64,000 nucleotides of DNA, from assembly GCA_963804165.1 (NCBI GenBank), contig CAWDPO010000045.1, forward strand, positions 64,001 through 128,000, written 5' to 3'. Both the position numbers and the translations under genes were made by a program. Position 1 is the stretch's first letter. Each line of letters begins with the position of its first letter. The notes under the pieces were generated by a model. That model did not search any database and was not told the DNA's origin. It saw only the letters and a list, made by a program, of their open reading frames with translations. The DNA is from an uncultured delta proteobacterium (lineage in GTDB: Bacteria > Desulfobacterota > Binatia > UBA9968). Positions 50,036-62,024 of the stretch are shown one piece after another.

Positions 50036-50359
50036 ATGGCTTGGTATGCGGTTGATGTGCGAGACGGAGTGGTGCGGCGTGTGACTGCGGAATCCACGGA
50101 ATCCACCGAGGCGGACAACCAGGGCCGTGTTCTGGTCGAAGCCGGTTCCGCGAAACAGGCGCGGACCAAAGCCAACCGCTCATCGGGTGGGATTGCTACT
50201 GCCGAATGCGACTGCTGCCGCCATCGTTTTTGCAGTGTTTGTGAAGAATGCTCCGTCACAAAACAATACTCGGACTATTGGATTTGTCACCACTGTGGGG
50301 AATTAAATCGGCGTGTTCCAAACTTGTACTTAAAGGAGGTATCTCATGGATTGGGATAA
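50036..50359 (+). CDS. Cys-rich putative zinc-finger protein
   Basis: CDCC...C..C..C...C..C; purine-rich RBS. Confidence 0.55.
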   Translation: MAWYAVDVRDGVVRRVTAESTESTEADNQGRVLVEAGSAKQARTKANRSSGGIATAECDCCRHRFCSVCEECSVTKQYSDYWICHHCGELNRRVPNLYLKEVSHGLG

Positions 50360-50693
50360 AATTAAGCTAGGTGGGTGGAGCGCCCTCGGTGGCGCGGCGG
50401 TATTAGCCCTCGTCGGCTTCAACTATGGCGGATGGGTCACCAGCGGTACCGCTGCGGCAATGGCGAAGGAGATCGCTGCCGATGCTGTCGCCGAGCGCCT
50501 GGGTACGATCTGTGTCGCACAATTTAACCGCGATTCGGATAAGGGCGATAAGGTCAAGGAAATGAAAGGAAAGGATTCCTGGGACAAAGGCCGCTATATA
50601 GAAAAGCAGAGTTGGGCGATCATGCCGGGTGAGGACAAGCCCGATAGCAAAGTTGCTGACGCGTGCGCCAAGCATCTTGCGGACAAAGCGTAA
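50346..50693 (+). CDS. Conserved hypothetical membrane protein
   Basis: GGA...LVGF.YGGWVT.GTA; ICVAQF; VADACA; AAGGAGG RBS. Confidence 0.75.
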   Translation: MDWDKIKLGGWSALGGAAVLALVGFNYGGWVTSGTAAAMAKEIAADAVAERLGTICVAQFNRDSDKGDKVKEMKGKDSWDKGRYIEKQSWAIMPGEDKPDSKVADACAKHLADKA

Positions 50694-50946
50694 AAGAAGT
50701 GGGCAGCGATCGCCGGCGAGTTGCCGGTGGATTCGTCACTGTTAAAACAGTCATTCCCGTCTAAGCCGTCGCCATGCCTGTGGACGCGGGCATGGCGACG
50801 CTTTGGAATTCACGCATTCCACGTTGCGAGAGACGCAAAAAAATTATTCTTCGCTCTCGTGCCTTCGTTTTTCTTCTTCATTCCTGGTTCACGACGAGAC
50901 CTGCGACTTAGAGAATCCCGTCGCCTGAAGAGGCTCGGCGTTGGTT

Positions 50947-52812
50947 CTAACCGCGGTGAATTGCCCGCTTAATCGTAGCGAGAACTTCTTCTTCAGCGTA
51001 CGGCTTCTGAAACACTCCGTTCAGCTCTCCTTTTGCCAATAGCGACTCGACTTCGGCGGACACGTAACCGCTGGCAATGATTCCTTTCAGCTTTGGATTG
51101 ATTTTTCTCATCTGTTGAAAAGCTTCCCAGCCATTCAGTTTCGCCAAGCCCCAATCAAGAATCGCTATGGCGATCTCGTCTTTGTGTCGAGCATGCACTT
51201 CCACCGCTTCGGGTCCGTTTTGCGCGGTCAAGACTCTAAATCCTTCCCTTTCCAGTAAATCTCGCATCAAATCAGAGAGCCTTGCCTCGTCTTCCGCATA
51301 GAGAACCGTCTCACGACGCCGTGATCGATCCTCTATGTTGTTTTGCCCGGCAATTACCGCAACTGCCGCTCCCTCGTCTCCTGGAATCGGCAAATAAATA
51401 TGGAACGTCGAACCGCAACCTGGTTCACTGGTTACCTCGACGAAGCCGGCATGTACACTGACCATACCGTGAACTATTGAAAGGCCGAGACCCGTCCCTT
51501 GGTCCGGCTTCTTGGTGGTAAAATAGGATTCAAAGACCCGGCTCCTAACGTCTGCCTCCATTCCAATGCCGGTATCTGCGACGCTGATGTGTACGTATTG
51601 TTCTGCTTTGGCTTTGGAGAAGCGTTGGCGCAGAACGGCACCCAAGGTCGTTTGAGTCTGCAATAGAATTTTCCCGCCGTCCGGCATTGCGTCCCGCGCG
51701 TTAATGCAGAGATTGAGTATTATCTGATATATGAGACCGGCATCGATCATGATCATCGGCACGCGGGGATCGAAATCTGTCGCGATCACGATTGTCGTCG
51801 GAAACATCGGAGACAATAATTTAATCATTCGTTGAAGCAGGCCATTGATATCTGCAAGTTCGAAATCTGTCTCTGTCTTTCGCCCAGCCGCGAGGATCTG
51901 CCGCGTCAGCCCCACCCCCTCCTCGACGGTTGCCCTGATCACTTCCGCGTGCTCGACAACATTATTTGGTTCGGTCGGACTCGTCATAATCAGTGTTGCA
52001 TAGGCCCGGATGACATTTAAAACGTTATTGAAATCGTGAGCGATGCTGGCCGCGACGTTATTTACGTCGGTCTTTCTCCTAGTCAATTTCGCCGTGCTTT
52101 CCACGATCCGCGCCTGCAACTCGCCGTTTAGCTGCTGCAGCTTCTCTTCCACCCTCGTTTTGTTCTCAAGGTGCGCCTGCAATGCTGCGTTTGTGGCGGC
52201 TAAGTCCAACGCTTGTTGACGCTTGTCTCGGGCTACGGCTTCGTCGCCGGCCCGTGCTTGCCATAATTGCCAGGAGGCCGACGCGAATTGAGCTAGTGTC
52301 TTGATGATCCGTTCGTCTTCCCGATCGAATTTGCGGCGCTCGTCGTGGGCGACGACCCACACCGTGCCGATCGGTTTGTGCCCGACGTGAAACGGGATGA
52401 GCAAGGCCTCGACGACGGGCGGCTGCGATCTTAGCGCTGGGAAAATGCGCTCCGCCATGTACATGAGCTGAGCTGCGTTCCGGTCGATTGTGGTGCCACA
52501 AGGACTTGCGTCTCTGGGCATCGTGGCGTTACGGCGGTCGCTAAAGACTCCCGCCAGCGCCTCCCAACGGAACACCTCCGCGCCATCTTTTTCGTCTAAC
52601 AAGCTGATTCCGGCGGTATCAGCGCGGCAAAGTTGCAAGGCTGTTTCGGCGAGCCTTTGCAAGATCATATTGGGCGCATCCGCAAGGGTCTGCGCCAGAG
52701 CGATCAAAGCCTGATTTTCGGCTTTATAGTTGGGTGCTTTGGAGGGTCTGTTTAGGAGCTCGGAATTTATGACGACGTCTTCTAACCGCAATGGAGATTG
52801 GTGCACATTCAT
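50947..52812 (-). CDS. Hybrid histidine kinase GAF-HisKA-HATPase-REC
   Basis: AHDFNN, NLCINARDAMP, GTGLGLS, C-terminal REC; GGAGG RBS before ATG 52812. Confidence 0.9.
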   Translation of the reverse strand: MNVHQSPLRLEDVVINSELLNRPSKAPNYKAENQALIALAQTLADAPNMILQRLAETALQLCRADTAGISLLDEKDGAEVFRWEALAGVFSDRRNATMPRDASPCGTTIDRNAAQLMYMAERIFPALRSQPPVVEALLIPFHVGHKPIGTVWVVAHDERRKFDREDERIIKTLAQFASASWQLWQARAGDEAVARDKRQQALDLAATNAALQAHLENKTRVEEKLQQLNGELQARIVESTAKLTRRKTDVNNVAASIAHDFNNVLNVIRAYATLIMTSPTEPNNVVEHAEVIRATVEEGVGLTRQILAAGRKTETDFELADINGLLQRMIKLLSPMFPTTIVIATDFDPRVPMIMIDAGLIYQIILNLCINARDAMPDGGKILLQTQTTLGAVLRQRFSKAKAEQYVHISVADTGIGMEADVRSRVFESYFTTKKPDQGTGLGLSIVHGMVSVHAGFVEVTSEPGCGSTFHIYLPIPGDEGAAVAVIAGQNNIEDRSRRRETVLYAEDEARLSDLMRDLLEREGFRVLTAQNGPEAVEVHARHKDEIAIAILDWGLAKLNGWEAFQQMRKINPKLKGIIASGYVSAEVESLLAKGELNGVFQKPYAEEEVLATIKRAIHRG

Positions 52813-52892
52813 GTTGCCTCCACCTGGGATTTCTCCCTTGTAGGTCCTTTTCGTGAAAAAAACGCACCATATTATCCTTCTGGTTAACAATC

Positions 52893-52908
52893 TGTCTAAA
52901 ATTGGACA
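52893..52908 (-). promoter_or_regulatory. Crp-type box 13 (TGTCTAAAATTGGACA)
   Basis: TATGGT 21 nt downstream. Confidence 0.75.
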
Positions 52909-52934
52909 AATTGAAGAAAAAATGGCCACGCGGT

Positions 52935-53335
52935 TTGGCGCAAGTGGAGGTAACATCGGAGGAGGCGGCGCACCCGATCGAGTCGGGATTGCTAACCGGG
53001 GACTGAATCGGGTTGGCGAGCTGCGCAACCGGGACCGCAGACCGTGCGCCTTGTGTTTGACCAGCCGCTGAGAATCAAGCGTCTGCATTTGGATTTTCGC
53101 GAAGATGAATTGGAGCGCACTCAGCAGTTTGTGCTGCGGTGGTTCGTCAAACGGCGGGCAATCCTATCGGGAAATCGTGCATCAGCAGTATAATTTCAGC
53201 CCTCCCGCCACGAACAGTGAGTGCGAGGATTATCCTGTGGAACTTGACGGTGTCACCACGATCGAGCTGAGCATCGTTCCAGACATCAGTGGCGGACCGG
53301 CCCGCGCGTCGCTCGCGCAGTTTCGCCTTGCGTGA
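52935..53335 (+). pseudogene. 5'-truncated, twice-frameshifted putative carbohydrate-binding protein gene
   Basis: VEVTSE..HPIES / GWRAAQPGPQTVRLVFDQP..RTQQFVLRW / REIV.QQYNFSP..PDISGG.ARASL in three separate reading segments. Confidence 0.6.
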
Positions 53336-53379
53336 GCACTGCGAAGCCTTTGCATCATGACCGGCGCGGGGGGCTCGGT

Positions 53380-53730
53380 CTAACTCCTCTTGGTCATTTC
53401 AACCTTGGCAAAGCAGCGCTGAATAAAAGCTCCTAGCGGCCCCGCCGCTTGCCGTCGCAGAATCTCGCCGAGATCCCCCTTATTGAGCCAAATCCCTTCG
53501 CAACTTTCACAGCGCTCTACAACAAAGCCCTTAACAGCGTATTTCGCGAATTGTCCTGAACACTTCGGGCAAGTCGCCATCTGAACTTCCCGCCGGGCCG
53601 CTTCAGCCTTGTGAAATTCGAACTTCATATCTTCGACCAGCTCATGTTCTTTCCCGGCAAAATAACGATCTTCGTTGGCGTGCTCATCGAACTGCGGTTC
53701 ATCGCCGGGCCGCCGCGTTTCGCTCTTCAT
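53380..53730 (-). CDS. zf-TFIIB zinc-ribbon protein
   Basis: NEDRYF; CPKC..ERCESC.GIWL.KG.L. Confidence 0.8.
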   Translation of the reverse strand: MKSETRRPGDEPQFDEHANEDRYFAGKEHELVEDMKFEFHKAEAARREVQMATCPKCSGQFAKYAVKGFVVERCESCEGIWLNKGDLGEILRRQAAGPLGAFIQRCFAKVEMTKRS

Positions 53731-53795
53731 ATTTCGCTCTCCTGACTTCATTGAATCATCGCCGGTCGATGCACCCCTCATTGCCAATTCAGCGG

Positions 53796-55895
<2,100 letters not shown>

Positions 55896-56046
55896 GTGTA
55901 ACTCAGCTTTCTTTTTGAAAGACTCTTTGCCGGGTTCCGGCGGATTGATAAGAGCGATGGAAGTTAAATCCACCGCGGCGGGGAAAAACTATCGGCGCCG
56001 CCTCATTCCTGCTGTACTCATTGACGTCGGCTCGGTGTTCTTCGTG

Positions 56047-56617
56047 CTACACTTTTCGGTAAGGGTTGACGTACTCCTCGTAGAGCCCTTCCTTGCCTTT
56101 GGCTTGTAACTCGCGCGACCGGTCCGTGAGAACCTTTTTGTCTTCGACAAAAGCCTTCCTGGTAAATCCTAAATTACCGGGATGGGTGCCGGTGTCCATG
56201 CGAATCGCGTCGCACGGACAGGCTTCGACGCAAAAGCCGCAATAGATGCAGCGCAACGTATCGATTTCATAGCGCACCGCGTACTTCTCGACCGGATCAC
56301 GCGGGTCTTCTCCGGCCTCGATGTAGATACACTCAGCCGGGCAGGCAGTTGCGCACAAGAAAGCAAGCCGTGCAGTTGGCGGTGTCATCCGCGCCGAGAG
56401 TCAGACGGTGACGGCCGCGAAAGGTGTCCGGGTAAGAAGCTCTTTCCTCCGGATATTGCACCGTGACATCGGCTTGACGGGTTTTCGCCAAACCGAAGGC
56501 GTGCAAAATATGGATGCTCAGATTACGCCAAAAGCGGAACCCGGTTACGGAGAGACCGCGCACGATCTCCGGCACGTACGCTCTCTCCCAGAGCGACATG
56601 TGTTCAATTCTTTTCAT
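56047..56617 (-). pseudogene. nuoI: NuoI-like 2[4Fe-4S] subunit with a one-base frameshift
   Basis: TVQYPEE..FRGRH..CTACF | [19 protein letters not shown]; one extra A in the run at 56360-56362. Confidence 0.8.
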
Positions 56618-56637
56618 CGCTCACCCGTTGGGAAAAA

Positions 56638-57246
56638 TCATTTTGGTAGGCTGTCTTCGAGATTATCCGCCAACTCGCCGCCCATGTAGAGTTCAATTTG
56701 CTTTTTTTCCAGCCGTCGTTTTTCCTCGGCGTCCATGACGTACACGCCGTTCACCGCATCGATTTGCTTTGGCTCGTAAAAATTCCTGGACAGCTCGGCG
56801 CCCTCGTCGAATTCGTACATCTTTATCGCATCCCAGGGGCAGATTTTTTTATCGAGCCGATCGTCGGACTCCGTGCCAATCAGCTCCAGCTGAAATTTCT
56901 TCGGCAGCCTGTTCTCATCGACCGGCTTTTTGGAGCTGTCGTAATATCTCCCGGCATACTCGCGGAAGATTTCGCCGGTTTCCTTGTGCCGATGGATCTT
57001 GGTTAAATCATCACTGAAACACATCTGGCAGCCGATGCACTTGTCGTTGTCTACCCAGACTCGATAGGGCTTCAGTCCTCCGGCGGGGGTTTCCTCATAG
57101 AGTAAATTAATGCAGTTTTCCACCGGGCAGTGGAGTTCGCATAGCGGCGAGCCGGCACAGCTACTACAATTTTCGTCCATGACGGCGAGCAGCGCGGTGC
57201 CTTTTCGCTTCTTCTTCTCTTCAGGTTGTGCCGTCAGATCTGGCAT
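56638..57246 (-). CDS. Atypical 4Fe-4S ferredoxin-like protein
   Basis: CSSCAGSPLCELHCP; CIGCQMC...long insert...CPWDAI. Confidence 0.75.
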   Translation of the reverse strand: MPDLTAQPEEKKKRKGTALLAVMDENCSSCAGSPLCELHCPVENCINLLYEETPAGGLKPYRVWVDNDKCIGCQMCFSDDLTKIHRHKETGEIFREYAGRYYDSSKKPVDENRLPKKFQLELIGTESDDRLDKKICPWDAIKMYEFDEGAELSRNFYEPKQIDAVNGVYVMDAEEKRRLEKKQIELYMGGELADNLEDSLPK

Positions 57247-57510
57247 GCTTTCTCTCCAGTAGGTTACTGAACACCTCTTTTGACGCCTGTATTCATCCTG
57301 ATCGTGCCCGTGAGACTTGACCCGTGAATTAATCGAGCACAATCACATGCGCGCAGGCAGCGGTCTGGCAACTGGATCCAAGAACCTCTTGATTGTCTTT
57401 GACTAGGGACCATACGCAAAATCACGAATAGGCACACGCTAACCGCGTCAAACGGCTTGCCAAAAAAGAGCCTTTTCGATTTAAACTTACCTTGTGTGGG
57501 AAGGGGTTAC

Positions 57511-57526
57511 TGTCTAATATTGAACG
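57511..57526 (-). promoter_or_regulatory. Crp-type box 14 (TGTCTAATATTGAACG)
   Basis: TAAGTT 21 nt downstream. Confidence 0.72.
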
Positions 57527-57708
57527 AGTTTGCAAAGAAATTAGCGCCTCCCCAAATGTGCCTAAACAGCCGCGCTGAACGACCCATGGCAAGCCATCCC
57601 TTTCACAAGGAGTGACTCATTTTAAATCGAAGAGGACCGCAATTTTTTCAGCCGACCCAACATAATTGGACACTCTTACTTCCATCGCAGGGGGTTAGGC
57701 GTAACGAT

Positions 57709-57936
57709 TTATGACGGCGAGGGAGGGTCATCGATCCATGCTTCCGCCAAGCCTATCATGTGCTTTTCTGTTTCCCGCCAACTGTCGAAATTATAGAGAG
57801 GGCCAATTATCGTGTGTGATCCTCGCCGACCGTCAGCTTGCCAACTGATGTCAGCGATAGGAACCCAAGACCTAGTATTTTCGTCGAACCGAGCGGATAC
57901 AACGATGAGCGGATTTTTGTAGAACAAATTGGCCAT
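57709..57936 (-). CDS. Small hypothetical protein, CV_2116-like family (copy 3)
   Basis: YKNPLIVV..W.PIADISW...ETE....AEAWID; GGGAG RBS. Confidence 0.6.
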   Translation of the reverse strand: MANLFYKNPLIVVSARFDENTRSWVPIADISWQADGRRGSHTIIGPLYNFDSWRETEKHMIGLAEAWIDDPPSPS

Positions 57937-58117
57937 GCGGGCTCCCCTGCTCGGGCTTCCGGTCACCGCTGACCCGGTTTTTTTAAGCTCGGACAAATAT
58001 AGATTAGCTTCTGCATGTTGCTACCGGATGCAAGACAATGGCTTATTGTTAGCTACATGACAATTCAAAATGCGTCACGATCCTTTCAGTCTCGTACTTT
58101 TCCGCTGTTATTCAATA

Positions 58118-58152
58118 CGGTCCGGGAAAGGGGGTAGCCCCTTCCCGAACCG
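58118..58152 (-). terminator. Stem-loop downstream of ABM gene
   Basis: CGGT.CGGGAA.GGGG / CCCCTTCCCG.ACCG. Confidence 0.45.
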
Positions 58153-58167
58153 AAAGGCCTCTTTGGA

Positions 58168-58485
58168 CTAGGCCGCTTTCGCTGCGATCTGGTGGGAAGT
58201 CGAATTGGCGACCTCAAAGGACTCCACTTTCGGAGTGCCGTCAACCACCTTGGACAGGGTCTTCAAGACCTCGGGATATTTCTCGCGATTGTAAGCTTCC
58301 GCGTCTTCTTTCTTATCCCAGAAACTAATCGCTACCGCATCGTTACGTTCTGGGGCGACGAGGGTGATCTCGTCCTTAAATCCCTTTTGTTTGCGGAGCA
58401 CGGGAATTACCTCGTTCTCAAGAGTGCGGGCAAACTCCGTCGCGCTATTGGCCTTCAGCTTCATACTGACGTTGCGAGTATACAT
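58168..58485 (-). CDS. ABM-like protein (copy 2)
   Basis: MYTRNV..IPVLRKQKGF..ISFW..KEDAEAY. Confidence 0.72.
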   Translation of the reverse strand: MYTRNVSMKLKANSATEFARTLENEVIPVLRKQKGFKDEITLVAPERNDAVAISFWDKKEDAEAYNREKYPEVLKTLSKVVDGTPKVESFEVANSTSHQIAAKAA

Positions 58486-58578
58486 TTCAACCTCCTTGGT
58501 TGGACTGGTGGTAGGGTGGAGGATTTTGGGCTTACGTGAAGAATTTCAGGTAACCGAGGAAGGAAACCCTAGGACTAA
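58486..58578 (-). ncRNA. Conserved leader element, copy L5
   Basis: AGGGUUU/AAAUCCU pairing, GGUUAC hairpin, UCCUCC anti-SD, AAGGAGG. Confidence 0.55.
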
Positions 58579-58586
58579 CTTCTTTA

Positions 58587-58614
58587 ACAGTAGTCACTAA
58601 GCACCCGTTGTCAA
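58587..58614 (-). promoter_or_regulatory. Sigma70-type promoter
   Basis: TTGACA-N16-TACTGT immediately before L5. Confidence 0.5.
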
Positions 58615-58812
58615 GGTGAATCTCGAAGACGCCCCGAGCAAATCCACTTGTCCAGAAAAAGGAACGTCGATCTTACGGTTCGCTCGCCGCGCGCGGATCA
58701 TCTGCGTGATCGGTCGAAGGGCAATCCACCTACAACGGGAATAAAAATCGATCGGTGATAGTTATTTCTCCAGCCATAGCGGAAGATATCCTTATCCTGT
58801 GGCCGGCAGAGC

Positions 58813-59307
58813 TCAGGCTGAAACCTGGGCAGTTCTTACCAGCCATTTCTCCTGCATGATCTTGTCCTGGATTCTCAGAAGGCCCTCGGTCAAGGCTTCC
58901 GGCCGTGGCGGGCAGCCGGGAACATAAACGTCGACGGGAATGATTTTGTCCACGCCTTTGCAGACCGAATAGGCGAGCTGAAAAAGCCCGCCGCAGTTGG
59001 CGCAGCTGCCCATAGAAATGACGTACTTCGGATCAGGCATCTGATCGTAGAGGAGCTTGGTGCGCTTGGCCATTTTGTAGGTCAGTGTGCCGGCGACGAT
59101 CATCAGATCGGATTGTCGCGGCGTGGCGCGCGGCACTGCGCCGAAGCGATCGATATCGGCGCGCGGACCGCCCGTCTGCATCAACTCGATAGCGCAACAA
59201 GCCAAGCCGAACAACATGTACCATTGCGACGAGGCGCGGCCCCAGTTGAGCAGCTCGTCAACCTTTGTTGTAAAAACGGTTTCCGGTAACTGGTTCAATA
59301 ACGACGT
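58813..59307 (-). CDS. nuoB: NADH-quinone oxidoreductase subunit B (stand-alone)
   Basis: [29 protein letters not shown]; start is ACG 59307 or TTG 59298. Confidence 0.9.
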   Translation of the reverse strand, partial: TSLLNQLPETVFTTKVDELLNWGRASSQWYMLFGLACCAIELMQTGGPRADIDRFGAVPRATPRQSDLMIVAGTLTYKMAKRTKLLYDQMPDPKYVISMGSCANCGGLFQLAYSVCKGVDKIIPVDVYVPGCPPRPEALTEGLLRIQDKIMQEKWLVRTAQVSA

Positions 59308-59320
59308 AAAAACCTCCTGG

Positions 59321-59581
59321 TCATCGTTTCTGCTCGATAACCGTCACTTCTTTATCGATCCAATGCATGGCGTCTTGCAGGGCAAACTCGTCGGCTTCGT
59401 TTTCACTCCAAAACGCTTTGTCGAGTTGAGCGTGATGCGATGAAACGCCACTGGTTTTGTTTTCGGCATCCTGACGCGTCACGGTATACTGTGGAATCCA
59501 GGTGCCTTTGGTTTCCCCCTGAAACGATTCACTGCGAATGAGACAGTTCTTGTATGAAATGCTGCTTTTCATTTTTTTCAC
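59321..59581 (-). CDS. Small hypothetical protein, CV_2116-like family (copy 4)
   Basis: Paralog of 3261-3488 (IRSESFQ, W.PQYTVT, EADEFA, WID). Confidence 0.65.
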   Translation of the reverse strand: MKKMKSSISYKNCLIRSESFQGETKGTWIPQYTVTRQDAENKTSGVSSHHAQLDKAFWSENEADEFALQDAMHWIDKEVTVIEQKR

Positions 59582-59703
59582 TCCGTTGCCTCATCGTCGA
59601 TAAGGATCGTCTGGTGTTCGCTATTTACAATGTGAAACCTGTTCAATAGGATCCCAATGATTATCAAAGCCATAGGGATGGCGATAATGAATAAAGAACT
59701 CAA
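59578..59703 (-). CDS. 41-aa single-TM microprotein
   Basis: Hand-translated MSSLFIIAIPMALIIIGILL...; TTG start; GTGA overlap with the next gene. Confidence 0.45.
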   Translation of the reverse strand: MSSLFIIAIPMALIIIGILLNRFHIVNSEHQTILIDDEATE

Positions 59704-59810
59704 TCTATTTCCCTATTTGGCCGGAGCTGACGGCCCTTTGCTTGGAGGGGTGATGAAGAGAGGCTTACTTGAAGAATTTCAAGTAACCGCGGAGGCGAAC
59801 CCTACGACTG
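59704..59810 (-). ncRNA. Conserved leader element, copy L6
   Basis: Perfect UUACUUGAA/UUCAAGUAA hairpin; preceded by TTGCTA-N17-TAGGCT (59853-59825). Confidence 0.5.
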
Positions 59811-60101
59811 CGAGAAGAGAGTAAAGCCTAGGTGAATTAAGTCGTGATAGCAAGTCAAGCTGTGCAGACGTCAAGTGATGTCCGAGAATCCGTTATCTAC
59901 CTAATCTGCGCTGCAGCGACTTGCGAAAACGAGATACCAAAAACCGGATTCGGAGCATCGGATCATGTTCCGGTCAACTTCCCTTGCCGACCATCGCCAA
60001 CGAATGACAACTCACTGGTTTTTAATTTTTCTAGTGGTACAGGCCCAGTCGTAGTGGTCTGATACTTGTCGCGAATGTGATCGCTTTGACCGCCTGCAAA
60101 G

Positions 60102-60422
60102 TCATGCGGAAATTGCGCCGAGCAGCGGATCACTCGTCAAGTCTATGACTTCGAAGGCTTCCATGAAGGGCACGCTTTCAGTCACCATCGACAGAGTTCT
60201 CAAGACATCAAGATAGGCCACGTGATTGTAAGCGTCCGCATTCTCTTGGTTATCCCAGAAACTGATCGCGACTGCCTCGTTCCGCTGGGAAGTAACGAGG
60301 GTAATCTGATCCTGAAAGCCTTTTTGTGTGCGCAACAAAGGAATAATTCGCTCCTTCAGTAGCTGTCTAAACGCGTTTGCACTGTTGGCCCGGAGCTTAA
60401 TTCTGACGTTCCGCGTGTACAT
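60102..60422 (-). CDS. ABM-like protein (copy 3)
   Basis: MYTRNV..IPLLRTQKGF..ISFW..QENADAY. Confidence 0.72.
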   Translation of the reverse strand: MYTRNVRIKLRANSANAFRQLLKERIIPLLRTQKGFQDQITLVTSQRNEAVAISFWDNQENADAYNHVAYLDVLRTLSMVTESVPFMEAFEVIDLTSDPLLGAISA

Positions 60423-60505
60423 TGACCTCCCTGGTCAGTCTAGGTAGAGAGTTACTTTTTGTCAGTTCAATCTCTTGGGAAACCGTGAAGTGAAACCCGA
60501 TGCTG
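60423..60505 (-). ncRNA. Conserved leader element, copy L7 (diverged)
   Basis: GGGUUUC-N7-GGUUUC...UAACUCUCU...GGGAGG. Confidence 0.4.
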
Positions 60506-61036
60506 TCAGTTATGCGAACCCGACTCGGGTAATCCGTGGGTCTTTTCAGCCTCTTTGCGTGCGAGTGCTTTGTCGACCTGCTCTTCCGTCGCACCTCTTG
60601 TCTCTCCCAACACTTCGGAAAGCTCACAAATTAGGAACTTTTTCGCCTTATTCAGTGTTTGTCGATCGCGCAGAGAAAGCGCCCTGATTTCGTTCAGCAT
60701 CGTCAGGGACTCAACGATTTCTGCCAAGTCAAATGCCGAACCCGAGCTCAACAGTTTCAAGTTGTCGATCGCACGCTGCTTCCAGTTTTTGGCTGTCGTG
60801 ACTGCATTCTCCAAATAGCTCAGCAGTTTCGGAACTTCCGATTTGCCCATTAACTGCCGCATCCGCAGAGCCTTGACTTTATCTACTGGGACAAAAACTG
60901 CGTCGCCGCTATCGTCCAACAACGTCAGGCGGTAAACGCGTGTCGTCCGACCCGCAACAATCTTGTTTTCCACTGCATCGATCAGGCAGGGGCCCTGAGA
61001 AGGATAAACGACCTTATTCCCAATACTGAACGGCAT
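60506..61036 (-). CDS. carD: CarD/CdnL family RNA polymerase-binding regulator
   Basis: F.IG.KVVYP.QG, VPV, NWKQR, A...L..EL; GAGGAGG RBS. Confidence 0.85.
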   Translation of the reverse strand: MPFSIGNKVVYPSQGPCLIDAVENKIVAGRTTRVYRLTLLDDSGDAVFVPVDKVKALRMRQLMGKSEVPKLLSYLENAVTTAKNWKQRAIDNLKLLSSGSAFDLAEIVESLTMLNEIRALSLRDRQTLNKAKKFLICELSEVLGETRGATEEQVDKALARKEAEKTHGLPESGSHN

Positions 61037-61046
61037 TGGATCCTCC

Positions 61047-62024
61047 TCAAACATTCACATCCTCAAAACCTCTTTGGCTTCCCTCAGACATGTTCTCCAG
61101 CCGATGGAGCATGGCGCGAATACTGCCGGTGGCCATCGCAATGCTTGTGTCGGCAGCACCGTAGTAGAGACGCAGGGTGTCGCCATCGGGAGCGATCGTC
61201 GTGCCGCAAGGGAAAACGACATTGTCGACATCGCCGCGCTGCTCATAATCTTCTTCCGGACCAAAGACCCATTCATCGCTGCGTTTCAGACAACGCTCCG
61301 GCGCTGCCAAATCAAACAACGCAAGCCCCAAGCGGTAAATCGCGCCGGCGGCTGTCTGGCGCACGCCATGATAGATCACTAACCAGCCTTGAGGTGTTAG
61401 TAGCGGCGGCGGTGAGAGACCTATTTTGTTAGCGTCCCACCAAGCACCCCGCCGCGCCTGTAGCATCAGCTTGTGCTTGCCCCAGTGGCACAGGTTCTCT
61501 GAAAACGAGATCCACATATGCGCGCGCGGCGCGCTCACCGGCCGGTGAATCAAGGCCCACTGACCGCCGATCCGATGGGGAAGCAGCGCGGCATCTTTAT
61601 CTTCCGGCGGCATGATGACGCCGTAGCGCTCGAAATCGCGGAAATTCTCCGTGAGCGCCAGCGAGACGCCCGGGCCGTCGCGTGTGAACGCCGTGTAGAC
61701 GACGGCGTATTTTTTTAGTTCTTCAACGTAGGTGATGCGCGGATCCTCGATGCCCCATAATTCTTCCGGATAACGTTCCGGATCGGCCGCCATCGTCGGT
61801 TGGGACTCGATCTGCCAATGATCGACGCCGTTGACGGAGCGGGCGACAGACAAATGGGAATGGCCGCGGCGATCTTCAACGCGACAAAGCAGTAGCGTCG
61901 TGCCATCGGGCAGTAACGTCGCTCCCGGGTTAAACACGCTGTTCACGGGATAGGGCCAATCCGCGGCAGTTAAGATCGGATTGTGCGCGCAACGTTCAAA
62001 GAGCTCGACATGATGATTGGACAT
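61047..62024 (-). CDS. GH130-family glycosidase/phosphorylase
   Basis: VFNPGA, EDPR, KDAALLP, HRP, YHGV, VVFP, YYGAAD. Confidence 0.88.
   Translation of the reverse strand: MSNHHVELFERCAHNPILTAADWPYPVNSVFNPGATLLPDGTTLLLCRVEDRRGHSHLSVARSVNGVDHWQIESQPTMAADPERYPEELWGIEDPRITYVEELKKYAVVYTAFTRDGPGVSLALTENFRDFERYGVIMPPEDKDAALLPHRIGGQWALIHRPVSAPRAHMWISFSENLCHWGKHKLMLQARRGAWWDANKIGLSPPPLLTPQGWLVIYHGVRQTAAGAIYRLGLALFDLAAPERCLKRSDEWVFGPEEDYEQRGDVDNVVFPCGTTIAPDGDTLRLYYGAADTSIAMATGSIRAMLHRLENMSEGSQRGFEDVNV

Noticed and set aside
57657-57672. Additional Crp box CCAACATAATTGGACA
   Set aside because: Only one half-site matches and no TAnnnT lies at the expected spacing.
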